A stretch of 64,000 nucleotides of DNA from the NCBI GenBank assembly GCA_025363015.1, contig JANYEQ010000069.1, positions 16,344-80,343 on the forward strand. Reading direction: 5' to 3'. Source of the DNA: Bacteroidota bacterium (GTDB lineage: Bacteria > Bacteroidota > Bacteroidia > B-17B0 > Aurantibacillaceae). The notes under the pieces are model-generated. The model was not told the DNA's origin. It did not search any database and saw nothing but the letters and a program-made list of their open reading frames with translations. A program made the translations under genes and the position numbers. Below are positions 28,116 through 36,127 of the stretch, one piece after another. Within the stretch, counting starts at the first letter, position 1. Every line of letters begins with the position of its first letter.

Positions 28116-28904
28116 CTACAATTCCAAATCTCGTTTACGTTTTGCCTTTTTTTCGCGCATATTAAATACTTCGTTCATTAAGGCAAAGGCAAGGGCTATG
28201 TAAGCGTAATTTTTATTTAGTTCAATGTGCTCAATTTCAGGCACTGTAAAATTATAGGCATCTATAATGCCTTCGGCCAATAAAATACCGCCAATGGCTA
28301 ATAAAAAAGAGAGGGCAATCATTTTTATACCTTGATTTTTATTTATAAAATCGGCCACTACACCACTAAATAAAATCATTAAAATCATACTAATTATTAC
28401 GGCACTAATCATAATTAATACTACCCCACTCACACCAACAGCCGCTAAAATACTATCAAAACTAAATATAAAATCTATTATTACAATTTGCATAATAATA
28501 GCGTTAAACGAATTTTTTCCACCACTTTTATGTTCAATTTCATCTTCATCGCTATTAATTTTTTCTTGGATTTCTTTCCATGTTTTTACTAATAAAAATA
28601 AGCCTCCGCCCGCTAAAATTAAACCTTTACCACTAACGCCATAGGCCCCAATATGAAATAACGCTTCTTTTAAACCTGCAATCCAACCCACAAATAGTAA
28701 TAAAACACTACGTACTACCAGCGCCAAAACTAAACCAATGGTACGTGCTCTTTTTTGTTGAGAAATGGGCAATTTGTTTACGGCAATAGATATAAAAATG
28801 ATATTATCTATGCCAAGAATTATTTCTAAAACCGAAAGTGTAAGTAAACCAATTAAACCTTTTATGGTAAGTAAGGCATCTAAATCTGCCGAAAAACTAT
28901 GCAT
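28116..28904 (-). CDS. TerC family integral membrane protein
   Basis: LEIILGIDNIIFISI, IIDFIFSFDSILAAVG, LAIGGILLAEG. Confidence 0.92.
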   Translation of the reverse strand: MHSFSADLDALLTIKGLIGLLTLSVLEIILGIDNIIFISIAVNKLPISQQKRARTIGLVLALVVRSVLLLFVGWIAGLKEALFHIGAYGVSGKGLILAGGGLFLLVKTWKEIQEKINSDEDEIEHKSGGKNSFNAIIMQIVIIDFIFSFDSILAAVGVSGVVLIMISAVIISMILMILFSGVVADFINKNQGIKMIALSFLLAIGGILLAEGIIDAYNFTVPEIEHIELNKNYAYIALAFALMNEVFNMREKKAKRKRDLEL

Positions 28905-29000
28905 TTTTTTAATTTAAGTTGTAAAGATATTCTTTTTTAGGCAAACCACATAAAATTATTATTATTGATAATCAAATAGTTACGATTTATTTTTGATTTA

Positions 29001-29029
29001 TTTAGTACTATGTGTTGCAAGGTACTAAA
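29001..29029. promoter_or_regulatory. Inverted repeat, candidate PadR operator
   Basis: TTTAGTAC-N13-GTACTAAA straddles the -33 element of the promoter upstream of the padR operon. Confidence 0.55.
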
Positions 29030-29046
29030 ATTATAACTTATCTTTG
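29014..29046 (+). promoter_or_regulatory. Bacteroidota primary-sigma promoter of the hyp-padR-pspC operon
   Basis: GTTG at 29014-29017, a 21-nt spacer and TATCTTTG at 29039-29046. Confidence 0.6.
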
Positions 29047-29107
29047 TATCACCAATTAGCTATTGATACAAATTTAATAAAAACAAAATAATTTAAACAC
29101 TAAAAAA

Positions 29108-29440
29108 ATGACACCTCAAAATTCAATAAAAAAAACAAGCTTAATTATAGGCTTATGCTTATTTACATATTTTGCAAATGCAAAATCAAAAAATGGAAAT
29201 AAAATGGCAGAAACTGAAAAAACAATTAAAGAATCTATTGTTTTTACAACTCCTGTTTCAAATCAAAAAGTTGAAATTTTATTTACAACCAACTCACTTG
29301 GTGATGTAAATTTTGTTTTAGCAAAAACAGATAATGTAGATTTAAAAAACAAAATCGAAAAACAATTTTCGCAACTTCATTTAACAAAATTAAAAACTGA
29401 TGTTGTACACAGTATTATTTTAAACTTTAAAACACAATAA
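29108..29440 (+). CDS. Small exported protein, TonB C-terminal-like fold
   Basis: Signal peptide; VEILFTTNSLGDVNFV resembles the VxFxIxxxGxV pattern of TonB_C; 5 nt upstream of padR. Confidence 0.55.
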   Translation: MTPQNSIKKTSLIIGLCLFTYFANAKSKNGNKMAETEKTIKESIVFTTPVSNQKVEILFTTNSLGDVNFVLAKTDNVDLKNKIEKQFSQLHLTKLKTDVVHSIILNFKTQ

Positions 29441-29445
29441 AAATT

Positions 29446-29793
29446 ATGGAACAAGTAAACACCGATAATACAAAAGCGCAAATGCGCAAAGGTGTGCTTG
29501 AACTCTGCATACTTTCTATCCTATCGCAAGGCGATGCTTATCCCACCGAAATTATTGATAAGCTAAAAGATACAAAATTAGTAGTAGTTGAAGGCACCTT
29601 ATACCCTCTTTTAACGCGTTTAAAAAACACTGGCCTGCTGGGTTACCGATGGGAAGAAAGTACAAGCGGCCCACCACGTAAATATTATAAGCTAACCGAA
29701 ATTGGCGAACAATATTTAAAAGAATTGCAAATAAGCTGGGAAGAGCTTGTAAACGCAGTAAACTCAACCATTGAAAAAGGAAAAAAATTATAA
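29446..29793 (+). CDS. PadR family transcriptional regulator
   Basis: QMRKGVLELCIL, EGTLYPLLTRL, GPPRKYYKLT. Confidence 0.95.
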   Translation: MEQVNTDNTKAQMRKGVLELCILSILSQGDAYPTEIIDKLKDTKLVVVEGTLYPLLTRLKNTGLLGYRWEESTSGPPRKYYKLTEIGEQYLKELQISWEELVNAVNSTIEKGKKL

Positions 29794-29817
29794 ATAAAAA
29801 ATTAAAAACATTAAACA

Positions 29818-31614
29818 ATGAACAAAACAGTAACCATAAACATAAGCGGCATTATTTTTCATATTGAAGAAGATGCTTACCAAACTTTAAGCAATTACTT
29901 AAGAACCATAAAAGGATACTTTAGTAAAACAGATGGCGGCAACGAAATAATGGCCGATATTGAGGCACGTATTGCTGAATTATTGCAACAAAAAATTAAC
30001 CTAAATAAACAGGTAGTTTTAATGCCCGATGTTGAAAACGTAATGGAAATAATGGGTAAGCCTGAAGAGTTTGCTAGCGATGATTCTAATTCGCAAAATA
30101 CTGATAATGAGCAACAGCATGCGCATGCTAGTGCCGAAAAAATAACACGCCGTTTGTTTCGTAACCCCGACGAAAAAGCCATAGGTGGTGTATGTAGCGG
30201 TATTGCTGCCTACTTTGATATTGATACTGTGTGGGTAAGATTAGCCATGTTTTTATTAATATTTTTTGGCGGGTTAAGTTTGTGGGTGTATTTAGTAATG
30301 TGGATAATTATTCCATTAGCACAAACTACTGCCGATAAATTAGCGATGCGTGGCGAAGCTATTAACATTGATAACATTAGCAAAACCATTAAAGAAGAAG
30401 CCGAAGAATTAAAAAATAGATATGGTAAAAATTTCGACTCTAAAAGATTTACTGCCAATGTAAAAAACGGTGCTTCGGCTACAGCTAATACTATTGCTAA
30501 TGTTATTGGCAGAGCAATTGGTTTATTTATTGTGTTTTTAGGAGGCACCTTATTAATTGCCTACATCAGTTCTATTTTTGGAATTTCGGTTGTAAATTCT
30601 AATAGCGATTTAGTACATTGGAAATCTGTAATTTTTGACTCGGGCGCTGATTATGTGTGGGCAATTATTTCGTTTATGATTGTATTTGGTATTCCTGTAT
30701 TTATGCTACTTTTTACTGGTATTAAATTATTATTTAAAATATCGTACCATAACCGTTGGCTAAATTATAGTTTAGGTTTAGTTTGGCTAATAGGTTTTGT
30801 TTTAGGCTTTTATGTTACCGTAAAAACAGTAAAACAATTTGCCGAAACATCAAAAATAAAAGAAACATACGTATTGCATAATATGGGCGATACCATTGTT
30901 CTAAAACTAAATCCAAGCTCTGAAATATTAAAAACATATACCTTTGAAAATACCGATGATATTGAAAATAATTTTCAAAATAATCACAACAGCTACTTTT
31001 TAGGGGAAGAAAAATCGAGCTTATCTGTTCTTGGTTTAGCCAGTTTAGATATTACCGAAAGCCCATCGGATAGCGTTGAATTAATTATTTATAATACCTC
31101 TAAAGGCTACAGTAAACAAGATGCCAACCAAAATGCAAAATCAATAAAATATAGCTACAAACAAACAAATAATACTTTAATTTTCGATCAAATTTTTACG
31201 GTATTAAACGGACAAAAATTTAGAGCACAAAGCGTAAATATTAAACTAAAATTACCAAAAGGTAAAGTAGTTTATTTTGATAATAGCGTGAAGTATTTAT
31301 TAGATGATGTAGATAATACAACCAATACTTGGGATGGAGATATGGCTGGTCGTAGATGGATAATGACAGATAAGGGTTTGGCTTGTATAGATTGTAATGG
31401 TTTGGATGATGATTCGGACGAAGACGATAATAACAAACAGAAACGTATTATTATACAAGGAACAGAAATTAATATAGATGAAAATGGTTCCAATATAAAA
31501 ATTGATGAAAACGGTTTAAAGATAAATGATAAAGACGCCAAAATAAAAATTGACGAAAACGGAAATATTAAAATTAAAACCACTAAAAAAGAAAAGGCTG
31601 TAGAAGACAAATAA
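29818..31614 (+). CDS. PspC-domain membrane protein
   Basis: MNKTVTINISG, EIMADIEARIAE, PspC domain RRLFRNPDEKAIGGVCSGIAAYF...WIIIP, further TM helices and a periplasmic C-terminal region. Confidence 0.92.
   Translation: MNKTVTINISGIIFHIEEDAYQTLSNYLRTIKGYFSKTDGGNEIMADIEARIAELLQQKINLNKQVVLMPDVENVMEIMGKPEEFASDDSNSQNTDNEQQHAHASAEKITRRLFRNPDEKAIGGVCSGIAAYFDIDTVWVRLAMFLLIFFGGLSLWVYLVMWIIIPLAQTTADKLAMRGEAINIDNISKTIKEEAEELKNRYGKNFDSKRFTANVKNGASATANTIANVIGRAIGLFIVFLGGTLLIAYISSIFGISVVNSNSDLVHWKSVIFDSGADYVWAIISFMIVFGIPVFMLLFTGIKLLFKISYHNRWLNYSLGLVWLIGFVLGFYVTVKTVKQFAETSKIKETYVLHNMGDTIVLKLNPSSEILKTYTFENTDDIENNFQNNHNSYFLGEEKSSLSVLGLASLDITESPSDSVELIIYNTSKGYSKQDANQNAKSIKYSYKQTNNTLIFDQIFTVLNGQKFRAQSVNIKLKLPKGKVVYFDNSVKYLLDDVDNTTNTWDGDMAGRRWIMTDKGLACIDCNGLDDDSDEDDNNKQKRIIIQGTEINIDENGSNIKIDENGLKINDKDAKIKIDENGNIKIKTTKKEKAVEDK
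31471..31578 (+). repeat. Intragenic IDENG peptide repeats at the PspC C-terminus
   Basis: NIDENGSNIKIDENGLKINDKDAKIKIDENGNIKIK has three IDENG units with synonymous codon differences. Confidence 0.7.
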
Positions 31615-31694
31615 ATTGCTTCAACAATTTCAGTCATACTAATTTAGGTAATTGAGCTTATCAAAATCAAAAAATTAACTTTTCATGTGTACCC

Positions 31695-31733
31695 AAACCG
31701 CAATACCTGCTGCAATAGGGTTGCGGTTTTTTT
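31695..31733 (+). terminator. Rho-independent terminator after the padR-pspC operon
   Basis: AAACCGCAA (31695-31703) pairs with TTGCGGTTT (31721-31729), followed by a T tract. Confidence 0.7.
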
Positions 31734-31803
31734 ATTTTTAAAAACTAAATACTACAAATAATAGCAATCAATTACCACAAAATATAGTTACCTTTAGTTT
31801 ATA

Positions 31804-33120
31804 ATGGTAACAACTGCAAAATTAACACCTAATAAAGAAGCCCGCGTATTATTTGTAGACATGAATAGTTTTTTTGCAAGTTGCGAACAGCAGGTAAATT
31901 ATTTTTTAAGAGGCCGGCCTGTAGGGGTTTGCGTGTACCCCGGTAAATTTGGTTGCGTAATTGCCCCAAGTATTGAAGCCAAAAAATTTGGTGTAAAAAC
32001 AGGTATGCGCTTAAACGAAGCCATGTTACTTTGCCCACAGTTAGTGCCTTTAGAAACAAACCCCGAACGTTACCGCCAATTTCATATAAAAATAATAGCG
32101 GTTTTAAAAAAGTATAGCGATGATGTTTTTCCGAAAAGTATTGATGAAGCCGTAGTGGATCTAACCCATTACGAATTAATCCATAAAGATGTACTACACG
32201 TTGCCAAAGCTATTAAATATGATATTGCTAACGAAGTAGGCGATTGGCTAAAATGCTCTATTGGCGTAGCGCCTAACTCTTTTTTGGCAAAATTAGCCTC
32301 TGATATACAAAAACCAGATGGCTTAACCATTATAAATCACGCTAATATTGATACTGTATTATCTACCCTAAAATTAACCGATTTACCTGGCATTGGCGAG
32401 GGAATGAAAATTCGTTTAAACAAAGGTGGCATTACCACTCCCTTACAAATGCGCCTCGCCGCCCCCGAAAACTTAAAAGCCATTTTGCGCAGTGTAGTAG
32501 GCTATTATTGGCATTACCGCTTGAATTTTATTGAAATAGATTTAGATAACGAACACGATTATAAAAGCATGCAGGCCATGCGCCACCTCTCAAAAGAGCA
32601 GCGCCAAAGTGCCGATAGCATAAATACTATTTTTTTAACGCTGTGTTTAACCTTAGAAAAACGAATGATGCAACGTCAGTTTTTTTGCCACCAAATTGGC
32701 TTTAATATTAAATATGCTAACGGCGAGCGTTGGGATGATTTTATAAAAACCTTAACCCCTATGCAGGATGGTGCCGAAATATTTACCGCACTTACTAATC
32801 GCATGAATGAGTTTATAACAAAAACAAAAAGTAGCCCCCTAATTAATTCAAGCATAATTAGTATTTCGGTATATGTTTCTCATTTTATAAAAAGTAATTT
32901 AGTAGCTTATAATTTGTTTGAAGATAATAGTAAAAAAGATAAACTACGCCAAACCGTTTACGATTTAAAAGAACGTTTTGGCAAATATAAAATACAACGC
33001 GCCGTAGAATTGAAAGAAAGTAGCACTTATAAAGATGTAATTGGATTTGGATCGGTAAAGGATTTAAACGACGATGCAATAATAGAAACAGAGACAAACA
33101 ACTTTAATTATTTTGAATAA
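31804..33120 (+). CDS. dinB: Y-family DNA polymerase (Pol IV/DinB-like)
   Basis: LFVDMNSFFASCEQ, SIEAKKFGVKTGM, catalytic SIDEA, KLASDIQKPDG, LPGIG. Confidence 0.85.
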   Translation: MVTTAKLTPNKEARVLFVDMNSFFASCEQQVNYFLRGRPVGVCVYPGKFGCVIAPSIEAKKFGVKTGMRLNEAMLLCPQLVPLETNPERYRQFHIKIIAVLKKYSDDVFPKSIDEAVVDLTHYELIHKDVLHVAKAIKYDIANEVGDWLKCSIGVAPNSFLAKLASDIQKPDGLTIINHANIDTVLSTLKLTDLPGIGEGMKIRLNKGGITTPLQMRLAAPENLKAILRSVVGYYWHYRLNFIEIDLDNEHDYKSMQAMRHLSKEQRQSADSINTIFLTLCLTLEKRMMQRQFFCHQIGFNIKYANGERWDDFIKTLTPMQDGAEIFTALTNRMNEFITKTKSSPLINSSIISISVYVSHFIKSNLVAYNLFEDNSKKDKLRQTVYDLKERFGKYKIQRAVELKESSTYKDVIGFGSVKDLNDDAIIETETNNFNYFE

Positions 33121-33136
33121 TTATAGCTATAAAAAA

Positions 33137-33197
33137 GCCACTGATTTCATAAATTTCGCTTATAAATAAAATCTGGGTTATCTGCGTAATTTGTGGC
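33137..33197. repeat. Degenerate REP-like inverted repeat (GCCAC...GTGGC)
   Basis: GCCACTGATT (33137-33146) pairs imperfectly with AATTTGTGGC (33188-33197); the right arm contains ATCTGGGTTATCTGCGTAATTTGTGGC. Confidence 0.5.
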
Positions 33198-33238
33198 AAT
33201 TTTTTTTAATAATACTTTACTATTAATTTATACTAAAA

Positions 33239-34144
33239 ATGGATTTTGGCAGAACAGATAATTTAGAAACAATTGATTTTACACTAGCACCCAACCATAA
33301 AAGTATTGAAAAAATATTAGGTGGAGTTAAATGCACAAAACCACAAGTATATGTGGGGGGAGTGTTATGGAGCGATGAGAGTTTTTTAGATACTATCTAT
33401 CCATCAAAAATAAAATCAAAAGATTATGCAAAATACTATTGCAAACAATTTAATACTATAGAGTTAAATTTAACCCATTACCGTTTACCCGAAAAAGAAA
33501 AAATACAAAAATGGTATGAAGAATCGCCCACTGATTTTAAATTTTGCCCAAAAGTACATAAGGATATTAGCCACTCCAGCAATCTTTTATCGGTTTGCAA
33601 TTTTTTTGAAGAATACCATCAACTCATTAAACATTTTAAATACAAATTAGGCCCTTGCTTTTTACAATTACCGCCGAACTTTACCCCCAATCGCTTAAAC
33701 GAATTATTAGATTTTTTAGATAAAAGTAATCTTCGCAATTTAGCTATAGAATTGCGTCACCACGATTGGTTTAAACAACCTGCAGAATTAAATACCTTAA
33801 GTAATTATCTTTATAAAAATAATATGACGTTGGTACTAACAGATACTCCTACTCGACGGGATGTATTGCACATGCGTTTAACAAATAAAACTGTTTTTAT
33901 TCGTTTTAATGCCAATGATAAACACCCCAGCGATTATACTCGCATTAACGAGTGGATACAACGCATACAACAATGGCTGCAATTAGGTTTAGAAAGCATT
34001 TACTTTTTTATACATACCCCAACACAAATAAATATGCCATATTTAGCAACCTATTTAATACAACAATTAAAAAAGGAATGTGGTATACTACTTACCCCAC
34101 CAAAACTAAAAAGTAGTAATGGCGAAGTAAATAAACTATTTTAA
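33239..34144 (+). CDS. DUF72 (YecE-like) protein
   Basis: MDFG N-terminus, YCKQFNTIELN, FKFCPK, FLQLPP, IELRH, VFIRF, YFFIH. Confidence 0.9.
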   Translation: MDFGRTDNLETIDFTLAPNHKSIEKILGGVKCTKPQVYVGGVLWSDESFLDTIYPSKIKSKDYAKYYCKQFNTIELNLTHYRLPEKEKIQKWYEESPTDFKFCPKVHKDISHSSNLLSVCNFFEEYHQLIKHFKYKLGPCFLQLPPNFTPNRLNELLDFLDKSNLRNLAIELRHHDWFKQPAELNTLSNYLYKNNMTLVLTDTPTRRDVLHMRLTNKTVFIRFNANDKHPSDYTRINEWIQRIQQWLQLGLESIYFFIHTPTQINMPYLATYLIQQLKKECGILLTPPKLKSSNGEVNKLF

Positions 34145-34147
34145 AAT

Positions 34148-35545
34148 TTAGTTTTTAATAATTTCCTTAATATCCGAGATTATTTTTTTAGCTAAACTAT
34201 CAGCCGTAGAAGCTGTTTGACTTTCGCTATAAATTCTAATAATTGGCTCCGTATTGCTTTTACGTAAGTGAACCCACTCCATATCAAACTCAATTTTTAC
34301 GCCATCAATGGTATTAATGGGTTGTTTTTTATATTTGGTTTTAATATCTGCCAACACACTATCTACATTAATTTGCGGTGTTAATTCAATTTTATTTTTA
34401 CTAATAAAATAATTTGGGTACGATTTGCGTAACATGCTTACCGATTTTCCATATTTTGCTAAGTGTGTTAAAAATATAGCAATACCAACTAAAGCATCTC
34501 TGCCATAATGTAATTCGGGTAAAATAATGCCCCCATTTCCTTCGCCGCCAATTACCGCTTTTGTTTCTTTCATTAAAGTTACCACGTTTACCTCACCTAC
34601 AGCTGAAGCAGAATATACACCACCTTGTTTTTCGGTAATATCTCTTAAAGCACGTGTACTACTTAAATTACTAACGGTATTTCCTTTTTTATTATGTTTT
34701 AAAACATAATCTGCAACAGCAACTAATGTATATTCTTCGCCAAACATTTCACCATCTTCACATACAAATGCTAAGCGGTCCACGTCAGGGTCAACACTAA
34801 TGCCCAAGTGTGCTTTTTGTTTTAAAACTGTTTTACTTAAATCTGTTAAATGTTCGGGCAATGGCTCAGGGTTATGCGCAAAGTTTCCAGTAACATCGTT
34901 ATGAATTATGGTTACTGTTTTTACACCTAACTTTTCTAACAATGCGGGCACCGCAATACTTCCGCTGCTATTAATCGCATCTACAACTATAGTAAAATTT
35001 GCTTTTTGAATGGCTTTAACATCTACATAAGGCAAATCAATAATTTTTTTAATATGTGTGTTTAAAAAATCAGTATTAACATTATAAGAACCTAAATCGT
35101 TTACTTCGGCATAATTAAAATTATTATCAGCAGCAATTTTTAAAATATCTTGACCATTTTTTTCGCTAATAAATTCTCCTTTTTCATTTAATAGTTTTAG
35201 GGCATTCCATTGCTTTGGGTTATGGCTAGCCGTTAAAATAATTCCGCCTTGCGCTTTTAGCTCAGTAACCGCCATTTCAACAGTAGGGGTTGTGCTTAAC
35301 TCTAAATCAATAACGTTAATACCTAAACCAATTAATGTGCCACTCACAATATTATTTACCATGGCACCACTCATGCGTGCATCTCTACCAATAATAATAG
35401 TTGTTTTTTGTTTTGTTTTGTTATTGCTTAAAATCCATGTGCCGTAAGCCGATGCAAATTTTACAATATCTAAGGGAGTTAATCCATCGTTGGGCTTACC
35501 ACCAATGGTACCCCTAATTCCTGAAATGCTTTTTATTAGTGTCAC
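34148..35545 (-). CDS. glmM: Phosphoglucosamine mutase
   Basis: SISGIRGT, GRDAR, phosphoserine motif TASHNP, DPDVDRL, GGEGNGG, LRKSNTEP. GTG at 35545 preferred because a -7 box lies at 35563-35570. Confidence 0.9.
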   Translation of the reverse strand: MTLIKSISGIRGTIGGKPNDGLTPLDIVKFASAYGTWILSNNKTKQKTTIIIGRDARMSGAMVNNIVSGTLIGLGINVIDLELSTTPTVEMAVTELKAQGGIILTASHNPKQWNALKLLNEKGEFISEKNGQDILKIAADNNFNYAEVNDLGSYNVNTDFLNTHIKKIIDLPYVDVKAIQKANFTIVVDAINSSGSIAVPALLEKLGVKTVTIIHNDVTGNFAHNPEPLPEHLTDLSKTVLKQKAHLGISVDPDVDRLAFVCEDGEMFGEEYTLVAVADYVLKHNKKGNTVSNLSSTRALRDITEKQGGVYSASAVGEVNVVTLMKETKAVIGGEGNGGIILPELHYGRDALVGIAIFLTHLAKYGKSVSMLRKSYPNYFISKNKIELTPQINVDSVLADIKTKYKKQPINTIDGVKIEFDMEWVHLRKSNTEPIIRIYSESQTASTADSLAKKIISDIKEIIKN

Positions 35546-35562
35546 TATATTTTTATTTTTTG

Positions 35563-35570
35563 CAAATATA
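35563..35570 (-). promoter_or_regulatory. -7 element (TATATTTG) for glmM
   Basis: CAAATATA on the + strand, 17 nt upstream of the GTG; no clear -33 element. Confidence 0.45.
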
Positions 35571-35669
35571 CTCAAAGCCTGTAAAGTAATTACAGTTTAA
35601 TTGTTCATTTTTTATTAATTTATAATTAAAATACTTGCTTTTTATTAGCATTTTTGTTATATTAATAAA

Positions 35670-36125
35670 ATGAGATTTAAACTAAAATTAATAGCACTAT
35701 GCTTATTTTTTTTCGGAAATTTTTTTTCGGAAACAAATGAGCTAAAAGAGTTTGCCGTTATTTTAAAAATAGCTAAAACAGATACTGTTTTAATATACCA
35801 AAACACACTTGAGAATATAGATGATAATCGCCCCAACCCTATTTTACAATTATTTAAAAGCAAACAAAAAAAAAATAAAAAATTAATTGCGGCGGCATTA
35901 GCATTTCCTTTTCCGTTTGGCATGGTAGGCTTACACCGTATTTATTTAGGTACAGCGCCTTATGTACCAGTGGTGTATATTGGCACAATTGGCGGAGGGT
36001 TTGGCATTTTACCATTTATAGATTTTTGTATATTGCTCTTAGATAAAGATATTGATAGATTTATAAATAACACTAACGTATTTATGTGGGCAAATAATAA
36101 CGAACATAAAAAAACTACTAAATAA
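35670..36125 (+). CDS. TM2-domain membrane protein
   Basis: KKLIAAALAFPFPFGMVGLHRIYLG...GFGILPFIDF is a TM2 motif; signal-peptide-like N-terminus. Confidence 0.85.
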   Translation: MRFKLKLIALCLFFFGNFFSETNELKEFAVILKIAKTDTVLIYQNTLENIDDNRPNPILQLFKSKQKKNKKLIAAALAFPFPFGMVGLHRIYLGTAPYVPVVYIGTIGGGFGILPFIDFCILLLDKDIDRFINNTNVFMWANNNEHKKTTK

Positions 36126-36127
36126 AA

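Noticed and set aside
31615-31803. LexA/SOS box upstream of dinB
   Set aside because: No convincing palindrome other than the terminator hairpin was found by eye.
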